64,000 nt of DNA from Catajapyx aquilonaris (lineage: Eukaryota): positions 1 to 64,000 of the forward strand of contig JYFJ02001417.1 of assembly GCA_000934665.2 (NCBI GenBank), read 5' to 3'. Under the pieces are notes generated by a model, which had not been told where the DNA came from, searched no databases, and worked only from the letters and a program-made list of their open reading frames with translations. The number at the start of each line of letters is the position of its first letter. Within the stretch, counting starts at the first letter, position 1. Below are positions 41,319-54,290 of this stretch, piece after piece. Both the position numbers and the translations under genes were made by a program.

Positions 41319-41542
41319 TTTTCGGAGAATCACTCATCCTGGATGATTTTAACCCCAGAGACGGCCTTAGAGCACGTAGTGTAAATTAATGATGGCAACC
41401 ACTCCATACTGGACAGGCTGGCATGTTTATGGCATTCACAGGTGTGGGTTCTCCCTTCTATTTGGCAAATCCCAACTATCTGTCTCGCAGACATCTTTAC
41501 TGTATGCTGGCGACCTCTTGGTGGGTTGATCGCTGGCTTTTA

Positions 41543-41615
41543 TCAATGATCAATTGATAGAAAAATTGAAGAAATTATTTGGGACTGCAACTAGATGAGG
41601 CCACGGACAGCACTG
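41543..41615 (+). pseudogene. hAT-Charlie/Buster first catalytic motif fragment
   Basis: NDQLIEKLKK, then a frameshift to FGLQLDEATDS. Confidence 0.8.
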
Positions 41616-41699
41616 AATACTGTAACAGTAATACTATGGCAGCTTAATACTAAATATAACAGTTTAATACTATATCTCTGACGCTGGGTGCATTTACAT

Positions 41700-41950
41700 G
41701 TGTTGGCTGCAGAACTATATCAATAAATTGTCAACAGACAGCGTCGTCCAAGTGGTGGTCGTAGGCTCTTCTAGGTGGTCATAGGTGGTCTTCTTTCAAT
41801 CTCCCTGTCCCCCCTGGTCGCCGGTGGAGGCTTCAGCCTGGGTGACCTTAATTCCTGTACAGCGAGAAGAGTGACATGGTGGAGGTGGCACGCCTGAAGA
41901 ATTTGGTACCATCTACCAGAGGGCCAGGTTTCTAAAATGACGACGACCCT
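41700..41950 (-). pseudogene. LINE APE endonuclease N-terminal remnant (minus strand)
   Basis: GRWYQILQACHLHHVTLLAVQELR resembles GKxxQL...IDILAIQExR. A downstream HVNAPS resembles NVYAPT. Confidence 0.5.
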
Positions 41951-42759
41951 GGACACATAACTGCCCAGTGATGCAGCATATATTCCCTGTATCGCCATGT
42001 ACGGGTAGTCCTCGGCTTGATGAATTCATACTATCTGTCTACTATAGTTGCGGAAAGCGCAACTTGACACTGAGGGCCTAGGAGGGTAATGGTGCAGGTG
42101 CGGAAATTTCTCATCCCATTACGAGCGAACCTGGTACTTGATACACTCCAACATGTTCATATCAGCATCAGCCAGCGATTCTTTCGACTACACTTCCGTC
42201 GAGAAAACCTAAGGGATAGAAGTGATTAGAAAGGGCACCCAAACACTATCTGCACATTACTGATGCCTGCCAAGGTAATCCATTGTGAACTACAATTATT
42301 GCACTTAAGCTACGTCTTCACTCGCACGCTATATGGTCAAATATGCATTGGCCTCCTACATTAAAAGAAGGAACAATTATTTATTGTCCCCATTGACTGC
42401 ATTCACACTGACTACAATGTCACCCTATTCCTTTTCAATTTCAGATCTTTAATTTGTAATAAAATGAGGAAACTGCATGAAATTATGATGCATTTCCTCT
42501 CCCATCATCTCCCCCACAGTCTGGGAGAAAATAGAGTATTTGCCAAGTGAGCTGTCCATCAGGAAAATGCGCACCTCTGCTTACATTCCTTCTCAGATGA
42601 GTACACGACAAAAATATGGACTACCTTAGTCGAGTAGCAGGCAAATATTCTGGAATCAGCCCATGTGTTGTGGTCACATTGGTCAAATGGTACAGCCACT
42701 CAATATATCAATTCGGATTAGGAAAATTAGTGTCTTCCTCACTTTTATAACACTGCAAA

Positions 42760-43076
42760 TATCTAGGTTGGTGCAATGGGTCCCAAAATCTGATTGTGTT
42801 TGTAGAGGGAATAATCCAGGCTCTTCAGGACCAATGAAGAAGCAACTGGCAGCCCTTCAGCGACATCGAGGAAGTGAAAGAGGCCATCCCCCACTGGCTT
42901 CCCACCAAGTCTGACGCTTTTTTCTGCAGGGGTATGGAAAAACTCTGTGTCCTGATGGGACAAATGTATGACGACTTTGCCTAAAATTAGAGCAAGACTT
43001 GCACTTTCATTCCGTTTTTCAGTTTCTCGAGTGAAATAAAAAAAATTACTCAATTACGTTTTGATTTTCCCTCTTA
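42760..43076 (+). mobile_element. Deleted mariner element, 3' part with TIR
   Basis: WVPK motif and GPMKKQLA...FSDIEEVKEAIPHWLPTKSDAFFCRGMEKL...WDKCM. Ends TTTTGATTTTCCCTCTTA, similar to the reverse complement of a TACGAGGG mariner terminus. Confidence 0.88.
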
Positions 43077-46000
43077 AAATAAAATCACTGGTTGAATTTC
43101 GTTGGCTCCATGATGAAGATGACTCAATTTGAATTATGGTGATGTCACTCTGCCAGTTTGCTCTGCTCTTCAACACTCGAATGGGAGGAAAGGGGGAAGA
43201 ATTGGTTGGAGACCACTTCATCTAATATACTGACAAGTGTTTTAAAGCAACAACCTAAAGGGATAAATATGCAATGATAAGACCACCCTCACAATTCATT
43301 ACTGGAGGGATGGGATCGGTCCAAGATAGGGAACTACCTTAACCCATGTACCTCTGAAGAACACGCCAGGACACTGCTAGAAGTGTCATTACTTCCAATA
43401 TTTGGACAGAATATTATGAAGTGAATAAGAAGGAGGGAAGAGCAGAAAAACACACTGGACAGAAAACATTAGTAACAAATATTTCCATAGCCACTGAATA
43501 TAACAATGCAAAAGTAACTGCGCAATGGTAAGAGTTTCATTGAGGAAAATGCCCTGCACACGGACGAAAAGCAGAGCCAGCTAACAGCACTGGGAGCAAG
43601 GCCCAACACTAAAAAGAACATGGCAAAACACATACAGCGATTAGCAAACAAATACTTCAAACCTGTGTAATATTTACAACTCATGTGGGCATAATAATTT
43701 ACCTCACTGTGGTTTATACGACAAGAAATACACCGATTAGCCAAGGGAGGAAATATCTGCGGATGTCCCCACAATACCTCATCCAACAAGATCATTTAAA
43801 TTGTTCCTGCTTATGTTCCTCAACCTCCTAAACGTCTCAGTGATGCTCAACTCAAACTCTTCATCAAGTTGTATTCATACTTGGCATATATTGAATACAT
43901 GCTTTCCTTACGAGGCACGTTCTGCTCTCTTGGGATATTCGAATAGTTGCAGTAATTCCATCAAATAAAACCACGTTTACGGAAAGTTACGAGATAAAAC
44001 CATGGCTTGGCAATCAAGCCAATTGTCACGGACATTGGTTATATATTACCACTAATAAAAACGACAGGATAACTCTGCCAAAATTAATCGTTCGGAACCA
44101 AGTCACATCAAAAATCTTCCGATACAAGACCACGACAAGAAAAGCCTGATTGATCGAAAATGTGTGACGATGGTGGACACAAACCACGTCCTGGGACAGA
44201 AGGCTTAGACCACACTACCACCAGCTAGGACAGAATTATTAGTGAACATAATTGGTTTCCTCGCTTATGCAAATAATCATTTACCTTAATTCACTAATCA
44301 TGGTTTAGGATTGATCCACACCATATAAATATCACTCGACATCCGACATGCTTCTTAAATACTTGGACAAGTCGGACGTTTGCGACGGACCATTAGCACA
44401 TGTCGATGAGATCTGCTATGGATACAATCAAATCTGTGTATGACATCGAGACAACCAATACAGAAAGAATAACTACGACACTGTGACACATATCTACACA
44501 GTGAATAAAAATTCCCATAGCAACACACAGGTGGTATCGCTGACACAAAAGTTTCTGCGTGAATGACTCTTTGCTCCAGGAGTTTAACAATGATAACAGC
44601 CACATATTTGCCTAGCAGGTTCTCTCATTGGATCCTACGATTGCATAGGCTTAGTTGTAATCCACCCATGTTCTTAAATCAACACACTACAGATTTTCAC
44701 AGAGCCGAGAATAATGAGCCAGGACCGAGGTACACAGGACAACGAAGTACTTAATGTAGTAGCCAAGACAAATTACTCTTAAGTCAGAATAATGTGCCAA
44801 ATGTAAATACATTCCCCTAATGCGATGTGGGGTGCAATTAATTTTGCTTCTTCTCCCAACACAGATGTTTTACATATGGGCACATCTCTCAAAAGACATT
44901 GCGTATTAGTCTAAATGATGGGAACCACTCCATACTGTACAGGCTGGCATGTTTATGGCATTCACAGGCATGGGTTTTCCCTTAACTATTTAGCAAATCC
45001 CAACTATCTGTCTCGCAGACATCTTTGTATGTTTACTTTATGTTGGCGACCTCTTAGTGGGTTGAATTTCTTACACTGTTCAACACACTGAACTATCAAG
45101 ACACAACATCTCATAATACTCCTAAAAACAAGAACAAGATCCAAATGGGATGGAATGTGTCCCAAACATCCCCCACACGGATATTCACAAATTATATTTC
45201 CGCCTTCAAATCACGAGTGACTAACTGCAAAACGTAAACCTGGAAGGAGAGGTTTGGCGGCATATCAATTCATTGCCATGGAGTCACCATTGAATTGCTT
45301 CTAGTTTTGGTGCACCAGTCTTGCGAATATCTTGTCCGTGACACACACTGTATATCTCGCCGCTTCCTGAGCATTCCACCCAAAAACCAGAGAGAAGGCA
45401 GAAGATGAGTTTTCATCAGGTAGGTTATGTAGTGGGATCACTGTGATGAGTTTAAGGCACAGTGTCAGTCGTCTGGACCATTTGAAATGCATACCAAGAC
45501 GCTTTGGCCTGGAGTAATGCTCAGGTCACACACACACATTTCCAGAAGATTAGGGCCTACATAACTCGTCCTTGGTTGAAGTGAGAATTATCACCTTGAA
45601 GGTAGGCCTATGTAATTCTGCGGCGAGCTCATCGGCAAGCACAGCAGCAGCAGTAGCAGGAAAGATTTTGCTGAATAAGCTGTATGAAGGCAACATTTCC
45701 AAGGACTTGGCCTGCCCAAAAGATGAGGATGTATTCACTTATAAAATGTATGGTTAATGAGGAAACTATTGCAGGTGGAATATAAACCAACACGCCATTA
45801 TGCTCTGTGACGAGTAAATCAGGAAGCGAAGGTCATTGTAATGAAATAGAGCACACTCTCCACGCTGGAGACATCTGGATCAACGATACGGCATGGACTA
45901 AGAAACAAACACCTTGTAACAAAATGTGGGACTTGTTTCACTGACAAAGTCAATATTTAAATACTGGTACTTAACATTTCATAAATCTTCCCAATTGAAT

Positions 46001-46379
46001 ATCCATACCTTGCTATTCAATAACACGAGTACAAATGCTAAATAAGATCCCCACCATTCACAAGAATCCTATCCAGAGACAGCAACTTGTGCTGTAATGA
46101 ATCTGAAAGCTGTCAGATCAAACTATTGATACTGCTCGGTTGCGAAAATATTTTTTAGGCGTATTATGGGTCACAACAGGATGACTCTTGTACAGTGGGA
46201 AGCGGGACATGGTGGTTTGGTTTGGTTTATTGAGAAGTTCATTGGACTGAAGGCTTCCCTGGTCCAAGATGAGGAACGACTTTCAAAAGCGCAAGGACAT
46301 CGCCAGTCCAAACCAACAACTGAAGCCCAGAATCTCCATACAGATGAGCTCACTGCGCAGCTGTGCGTAGAAGAATCCC

Positions 46380-46598
46380 GATGCAGTGTCCCCCACAACA
46401 TTCTGGCCTAGACTTACTGGACATGTTTCTACCATTAAGCAAGTACCCCATCCGATGAAGGATGTCAGTAAGGAAGCATTGGGACACACCCCCTACAACA
46501 CCAGTGCAAGTAGTGACAAATCATGTGCATCATGCAAAAAGTGTAATGCATAGCTATGCCTTCAAAAGGAGAGAAATTGTTGTAAAGAGTACCATTAA
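46380..46598 (+). pseudogene. piggyBac transposase C-terminal cysteine-rich domain remnant
   Basis: CKKCNA*LCLQKERNCCKEYH* matches CxKCxVxLCLxKxRNCFxxYH. Confidence 0.8.
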
Positions 46599-46846
46599 AG
46601 TTTGTTCAGTGAAAATTTGTGAGTACACCTACTCTTGATACACCATTTTTGCCTTGAAAGTAATTTTTTCAGGTAGCAAGATTACAGGTAATGCCCACTG
46701 CGCCACATTATGGCACATGCAAAATTTGCTTGCATTGAGAAAAAGAAAAAAAAAAAATCCCTTCCTCAGGCATTTTTTTTTTCCAGCTGTCCGGTGCCTA
46801 TTATATTCATAGTGGTGTCTCTTACGTGGGATCATGGGACACTACA

Positions 46847-47080
46847 TCGGTGTCAGAAGTGGGATGTTCGTCCCCTCACGGGTCATCCGGAGGGAGTGAG
46901 GTGCTGGACAGTGACCAGGCGAGAATCCAAGTATGTGAGAAGCGGTCAGAAACCTGCAGATGCGGAGAGAGGTGCTGCATGGATCATCCCAGGCAGGGAC
47001 GTTTTGATGGGGCAGAGGCAGGTGCGGGCCAAAGAGACCATGCAGGAGGACGTCAAGGGCCTGGATGAAGTGCCATCTCC
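46847..47080 (+). mobile_element. Gypsy-type LTR junction: tRNA-Leu primer-binding site and following leader/gag remnant
   Basis: ...CTACA then CGGTGTCAGAAGTGGGAT, one mismatch from TGGTGTCAGAAGTGGGAT, the complement of the tRNA-Leu 3' end. Confidence 0.75.
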
Positions 47081-47603
47081 TGTGGATGCTGTAGTGAGCC
47101 ATGGAGCCTGCAGATCCCGCTTTCCATGCTAATTCTTCACGTTATAAAACCTCATCGTAACTAAAATGGGAAAATGTAATGAGAAACTACTCTACAAAGG
47201 CATTTTCGAAAGAAGAAAAATTCGAACGTGTGCACCATCAGCTTGGCCATAGAACAAGTCCGAACTTGTCCTCCCTGGACCGAACCCCCTTCAGCTAGAC
47301 CCGTTCCAAATGGGCTTTCCCACCCATCCAAGGACACCCTGGGTTATACACCGGGACTCACCTGGGGGCAGAACCAGGGGCGGAACTAGGAGACGTCCGC
47401 ACTGGTCGGCAGCAACAGGAAGAAGAGGGAGCAGAGGAGGACACTTGTCGCATCGCCGTGATTTCAACTGCGAAATAGCTTCAAGCATGGTCCTTATGGC
47501 CACAACTACACAATCGCCGCTACTTTACAAATCGCGTTTAACCCCATCCAATGCACAGAGCAGTTGGATGCGCGCGCACACACCGGATGAAGCCGAGTCC
47601 GAA

Positions 47604-47660
47604 GGCGGCCATCTTGCTGCTCCCTGATCATGTGATGGCAATCTGGCCCCCTGATTGGTC
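47604..47660 (-). promoter_or_regulatory. Promoter-like motif cluster (CCAAT, E-box-like, YY1)
   Basis: The minus strand reads GACCAATCAG...TCACATGA...CAAGATGGCCGCC into a CpG-rich stretch. Confidence 0.35.
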
Positions 47661-48589
47661 AACTGAAGAGCACCAAAATGGATGAACAGAATGTTCGAAA
47701 AAAGAACAAGAATAAATTCATAAATTATTTAATTACCAACTAATTATGATTCCTGGGTACTGTAATTAGTGTAATATGCTCGCTTAAATTGATGACACGT
47801 CTCAAGAGCAAGTGAGGCTGACAGATCTCTACACATTCAGAGTCGATAAGGTGCACATGAAGATCATGAAGACCGCAGCCCGACATGCGAAAGGGATTTT
47901 AAAAGCCATTTCGCATTAATTCAATTGCATTTTATTTATTTTTTACCCGTAGCACATAGGATTGAGGTCTAAATAAAGCATGACGTTCCAGGGGTCAAAC
48001 TGCGACCATTGGATGAAGAAACTGCGCTGATAATTAGACAATACAGCTTACACTCACCACAATTGATATATAGTACGATACAGCACAGAAAGCGATTAGG
48101 GACGAATAATTGTCAAGTACGTATGGATATTGTCAAGTACTGTATATACGTATTGTCTCCGGATAACATATGGCCTATAATAGATTCCATCACTGCACCA
48201 TTTTTGTGTAGCCCAAGCCTTCACTGTGCTTTCAAGACGTGCTTTGATTTCTGGAACGAAAACACCTGACCGGTGACACATAGTATCACAATCAACAGAC
48301 ATCCAGCCTCGCCCAGTGGCGAGTGCAAGATAGAAAATAACACAATTTGAGTCCAGCGTACGACTTCGTTATATTCTGATCCAACAAAATGCACCTACCA
48401 TGAGAAAACATGTCAAAGAACCACGACTAAAATATCTCATTCCAGACACTTCTCTGACCTATGTGGCCGTACTACATGTAATGTGTCACTACATAGCAAG
48501 TGTACAGTAAAAGCTCACTGCATACCACGAAAACCCGAAACAATGAAATCTGAGACATGGAGCACAGCTTGATCACTAATGATGACCGA

Positions 48590-48780
48590 TATGAGGAAGG
48601 TGTGACCTTTTCCCCCCTCTCCTATAGAGGTCTGCCAGATACTACTCTGATGTGTATTAGCTTTGCTCTTGGAGACGACATACACAGCATTCCCACGCAG
48701 GATGAAGGTCCAACAGAAGCCACCCAGCGCGGTGGTTGTTCAAGCCAGCAAAAGAGAGATGGGGTGCACACATAAATCCA
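48590..48780 (+). pseudogene. LINE reverse transcriptase remnant
   Basis: EGVTFSPLSY and FALGDDI...GVH resemble QGxxLSPLLF and FADDI...GLxIN. Confidence 0.4.
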
Positions 48781-50404
48781 GCAGACCCTATACATTTGTC
48801 ATTCTCCCAGCCAGTAGATTATATTTCTGAAATATGTAAAAAAGAATCGCTTACAATCCAATTACTTTGGAATTATAGCATTCAATCAACACGGCATACA
48901 ATTTGGCTTCAACTTCGTTTTAAAACTGGAAGGAAAGCTCAAGGAAGTACCACCATATGTAGCAACTACTCTTAACAATGATTTACAAATGAGGTTGTAC
49001 GAGGGCGGGGGCAACATCACGATGTTACTTTAAGGAATTCTTCAAACCACGTCCACTTCAGACAATGTTATTTAGGTGATGGAGGATTCACAGTACAGTT
49101 CATTGTGACGCCAACTGAAATATTGAAATTGTACTCATTTCCATTTCCATAATTGTAGGACAAACAGACAAAAACATTACATTATGATCCCAACGATTGC
49201 CTGACCATTTAAATGGAAATCTACCATTTCAGTTACAGATCGGACGTTCAGTGCGTCGTTCTGGACGATTACCACCAGCGAACTGTTTGGTTTTGACTGC
49301 GGATATTCCAGAAGATAGAGGTCCAGTCCATAGGGATTGCATAGTGCGTCGTTGGCATGCAGCATAATATTATGCCTTGTAATACTGACGCGAGTACATA
49401 AACGTCATTACTAAACAAAATTCCGACAACTGCAGGAGAAAACAATCATTGAATGAATTATGCCTTGTTAACCAAGAGGGACAGTTTTACTACCATCAAA
49501 GAGCGACCGACTGGGTATATACCCACTTTAAACACCTGCCCAACAAATAAACCTAAAGGAAAGTTCCTATTTGGAAAAATAAAGGAAGTAGGCCTAGGAA
49601 GTGAATATAAATGCTTCTTCAAAAGGCCTACGGACACAAAAACACTGGAAATAAGTATTGCACTGCATCGGGTGCCTGTCAAGAATCAGGCAAATACACC
49701 TTCTTACACGTGAATTTACACGTGAGTTTGTACCATTTCGCATTGTGTACCTATTTCTTCACACCATGACAATAACTGTCACACTACATGTGTCTATCCA
49801 GTTCAGAATCTGTAATGAGCAGATTCTACGTGTAGTATCAAGCTATACTCCCACCCAAATCAGGTCCATTATTTCCCCCCAAAAGTAGGAACAGTAATTT
49901 GCATTTGATTCCAGTGCAGGCTGTACTTGAGTCAAATGGGGATTTTTCTTTTGCAGATCTGCAGCTGGAAATTGCGAAATGTGACGCGAAGATTTTTTTG
50001 GGGCGATATTCAGCACAATTTACAATTTGCGCCGTAAAATATGGAATGTGTGCTTTTGTGTGGTTTTTTTCATGGTGATTTCTCAATGTTTGGCATACTC
50101 ATATGCAACTGAGAGTGATTGCTCACTAAAAAACTGTCCAGCTGGCTTCAGATACTCCTCAACATCTAAGTCATTATTTCTGCTCTCGTCGGGCATCAAT
50201 TTCAGTGGAACAAACACCTGAGTCAAAGGCCATGCTCTCGTCTCTTGCTTGGGATGACCGAAGGGAACTGTATTCACACTGCAACCAGCGACACACGCAG
50301 GGTACGACCTCCCCTGGGCCACCAGATCACCTGCGAACAATGCAGCCAGACGAGTTCAGAAGCCCCACTCTCCATTCAGTTCACCAACAGCATGACAATC
50401 AATG

Positions 50405-50475
50405 TGAAGAGGAACCTGTGTTAAGGACCTCAGATGACTGGCTGGAATGGTGGAAGGAACATTTAATGATCTGGC
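50405..50475 (+). pseudogene. Start of a hAT dimerisation domain
   Basis: EEEPVLRTSDDWLEWWKEHLMIW resembles YLxEP...DPLxWWKxxxxxxP. Confidence 0.55.
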
Positions 50476-50699
50476 AGTATAAATAGTCGCACACTCTCCA
50501 AGTTAACGATTCAACAATGGAGAGGGGGAAAACGCGATGGATTAATCACTCCAGTCGCGTCTGCCCATTCACACTGGTGGGTCACGACGCGAATGTGGGC
50601 CAGTAATATGATTAAATGACCACCGCCCATTCGGGATATCGTCCGAGACATTCATGTCTACTGAACCATGCTTTACATTCCGCCTTAGAAGAGTGGAGC

Positions 50700-50748
50700 A
50701 AGAAGAAAAGGATCACCAAGAAGGGAGTGAGACAGGGTAAATCCCTAG
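50700..50748 (+). pseudogene. LINE RT motif fragment
   Basis: RITKKGVRQGKSL contains the GVRQG motif. Confidence 0.5.
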
Positions 50749-53104
50749 AATTTCTGTATTAGTCAATTGCAATTTGCACGTGCTTTCCGAAGGGTGAGAA
50801 CAAAATATATTATCGCCAAGTGGCAACAGCCGCAAAGAAGTGACAAGACAGAGCTACGCACTCTGATGCAAGAGCAAATCACTTGGGAAGAGGCACACAG
50901 AAGTCCACTCCAAAACAAATGCTTGTGGTAATTCTACACTTTCTTTAGCAGTCTGTCACAATCTTGTGAGAATGGAGGCAACCGACGATCAAATTGCAGG
51001 GATATCTACAGGTATTTGGACAAAAATTGAAGAAATTACTAGAATCATCTTGGGGCAAGACATATAAAAGAACTTCTCTCTGGCATCTGGGTATAATGAC
51101 ATAAATTATATCCCCATTGCCTGGAATCAACGAAGATGATATGTACCTTCTGTTGAAGACTACCTGCGTGGTCCTGTCAGAAATCTGCTCTCACCAGAAT
51201 CATATGGGATTTTCCATACTGGCCTACAATTATTCCAGTTTCCAGCAGGGAACTCACGTTGAAGATTGGAGCAGAAGGACGTGACGAAGCTTTATGTTAC
51301 ATACATTTCTGATTATCTCACTACTACAATTATTGATACACCATCTGCAAATTATAATAAACAAACATGACCTCAGTTGGGCACAAAGTTCACTCCTGTA
51401 CCCCTACTATTTAACAAAAAAAAAAAAACGTCCTTGAAATTGCTTTGCTATTTCTTCGTTTAATAATCGTGTCATTGGCGCAGTCAAAAAAATGGCTATA
51501 TGGAGCTGGAGGAGCATTGAAATATGACTTGTCCCTATCACCTATAAGCTCCGGCGAATTATTATTATTGGATTAAATGCGATGGCGAGGAGAGACAAAA
51601 GTTTTAAGTCTTCCTCGTCATCGCTGACTATCCTGTATACTCTGTATAGCTATGTATGTATCGGTATGCATGTGCTATCATTGTAAACCGTTAAAAAAAC
51701 ATTGTTGCTAACTATTGAAAAATACAACTTACTTTAAAATTACATGGTACGTAGAGTACATGGATAGTGTCCCTTAATACAGTCTCAATAGGATATGCAA
51801 AATGACACCTTCACACAAGGTGATGTTTGACGTACATAAGTACATAAGTAATCTTGGGTAATCTTCAGAAATCACAAACATAGGTACCATCAAGAGCTGG
51901 TACCATAGGTAATCTGAGGTAATTAAGTAATCCTGGAAATCATTGGTAACCTTGGTAATCATGGGTTAGGTACACTTTTTAGGAGAGTGGGTAACCCCTC
52001 TCAAAGAAACAGACTGAACGGAAAAAAAAGCAGGCCGACACGCAACCACTGCTACTTGCCAGTATTTGGTCTGCACTCCACCTACCAAGTGAAGATAGCG
52101 ACACACGACATCAACAACAATAAAATTAGTGCTGTGTCTATGGAAGAGAAGGAGGACGTGAAAAGAAATACACGCAGCATGGAGGCGATATTATCGCCAT
52201 TTTCCTCACATAATAATATTACGTATATATCAGAAACAAAAGGCACCTTAAATATCTTAATGCTCATAGAACACTGTAACCATACCATAATAAGAAGAGG
52301 GAATCCAGCAGAACAAAACCTCAGACCTAGTGTTGTACCTGAAGGACTTTCAGCCAGTCGAAAGCCAGTTTCAATATACGGTGAGATCGGCCGACTCACT
52401 CAACACCTGCATAACCAGCTAGGTAATGCTAAACTTTGCACTGGCAGCCGGGTACATTCTTTACCATCTCGATTCATCACTTTAAATCCAGTCAGCCTAA
52501 CAGCCTAATGATATATCAATGTAGCAGAGGAAGGGATCGTTTCCTTATCATCGTATAGGACTGTGCTGGTCACGCCTCATATTCAGCACTAAACCTCGCC
52601 GGAACGGAACACACTAGTTTCTACATAATCCAGCATCGGAACGTGCGAGTGTACTATGTAAACTCGGTTATTCAGCCAATTTACACGACCCCGGGTCACT
52701 TCCGGGCCAGAACCGCCAACACGCAACTGTTCATGTTTATTCCTCCAGCCGACAAGCCCAGGTTGTGACAAAAATGTGCAACTTGCCATGTACACAGTGT
52801 AGTACTTTCGAAAAATATCCCATCTACGGCACATAGCAGTAAGGTCGAGGTTCTAGGGAGGTTACCTAGAAAAGTGACATATATATTAAATGAAATGTCC
52901 TATAATGGTGTTCTCGAGTACAAGTACGTAATATTATATTCACAGGTGTTATTATTAAACCTTGATATTAATCACACACGGGTTGCTTTGAGACCCTTTG
53001 CATGAATTATTAAAAGCAATTAGGATAAAAGTCATGCTCAAGTGCCCACCTAATTAGCGACTTGTTTCCATACACCGCTAATATTGATGGATTTGCATAT
53101 AGTA

Positions 53105-53155
53105 CGTATGTGGCTTTTTACGTGGACGAAGGGGCATCCAGGGACCATCTGGACC
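53105..53155 (+). pseudogene. Copia-type protease motif fragment
   Basis: VAFYVDEGASRDHL resembles FxxDSGASDHL. Confidence 0.45.
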
Positions 53156-54129
53156 CGAACAAAGGTTCATTAGCAGAGTACTTTGTAAACAAAAACCCAA
53201 GCATTGGAACCAAGGACAATAAATTTGTACAGAAAAATGAGGTATGTATTATTTATGAAACGGACTGTTACAGTATCGTCCTAATCATTTCACAGGAAGG
53301 TTCACACCAGGCGAAATAACACTGTAAATCAATTATCCTGAATATTGTATGCAAAAAAAAATCCCAAGCCGCTGGTGACTTTCATGGATAGTGTCTGGAT
53401 AGTGTTTATCAAGATCGACCGAATAGTGGGCCACAAAGGAACAAATTTGTCTGTATATTAACCTTCCGTAGATGGGATGATCGAGCGTACAAGTCTCTGT
53501 CGGAACAAGACCTGTATTGCGGCAATATACTCGTATGTATACCATATGTCGGGCCGCGCCGAAGGAAGGTCTAACGATGGTGGAAAATTATTATTATTGC
53601 GCAAAAGGAAGACGACGGTGACGCTGCCATTCTTTCTAGATTGAATGGAGCAAACGTTGTTGCTGATTAATTATACTAATAAAATTTTACAATCACACTA
53701 TAGGCAGTCCAATTCATTTGCATCTCCACACGGCTTAAACGAATCCCTTCTTAATTGGCTGATACGATGATGGCAGCACTACAGTATTACCAAACTGAGC
53801 TTGAACTGTCAAACCCCATTCCAGCATCTACGAATGCGAGTGTGGAAATTAATGCCCCTTATTATTCCGACGCATGCATTGAATTAAGGGAATGACATAT
53901 CGCAAAACATTAAAACATATACAAACACCAGCAGTCGTAATATCCTCAGTGGAATTAACATCATTGCAGGTAAGTAAAATCAAAGCGACTGACAGACCAG
54001 AGTGATGAAAACAAGAAGACTCGCTCAAGGTACAAACGGCTGACGAAGATTCGCAAATGGACGTCACCACAAGAGGTCACTGCACAGAGAATGCAATAGG
54101 GTCAGACCCACCATGAAAAGTAAATGAGT

Positions 54130-54290
54130 TCCTTGGATTTCTTTCAGAGAGTATGCAAATGTGGGGCCCAACTTGTTGTAATGACGGAAACAAGGCAATG
54201 GAGTTGCTGCTCAGTCGTTCAGAGGATTCCAATCACGTGCACTGCCCTGCTGGCCATGCACCAACATGTCCGAGTTTCATCACCATCCAT
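54130..54290 (+). pseudogene. Possible HARBI1/Harbinger transposase remnant
   Basis: RIPITCTALLAMHQHVRVSSPS resembles GFPxxxGAIDxTHVRIxxPS. Weak. Confidence 0.3.

Larger units (their letters stand above)
35865..45065 (+). repeat. Three diverged direct copies of a multi-kb unit (about 35865-38008, 38660-41530, 43550-45065)
   Basis: Shared anchors include CCTGCACA(C)CG(G)ACGAAAAG near 37197, 39420 and 43553. CATGCTTTCCTTACGAGGCACG lies near 37512, 39754 and 43898. ACAGGCTGGCATGTTTATGGCATTCACAGG lies near 37965, 41413 and 44939. Confidence 0.93.

Noticed and set aside
46848..46865. tRNA-Leu gene
   Set aside because: Only the 18-nt complement of the 3' end is present, which is a primer-binding site with no cloverleaf.
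51987..52508. 173-aa ORF as a real gene
   Set aside because: No recognisable domain beyond faint APE-like words (KIATHDIN, ISETK). It is more likely LINE debris or a chance ORF.
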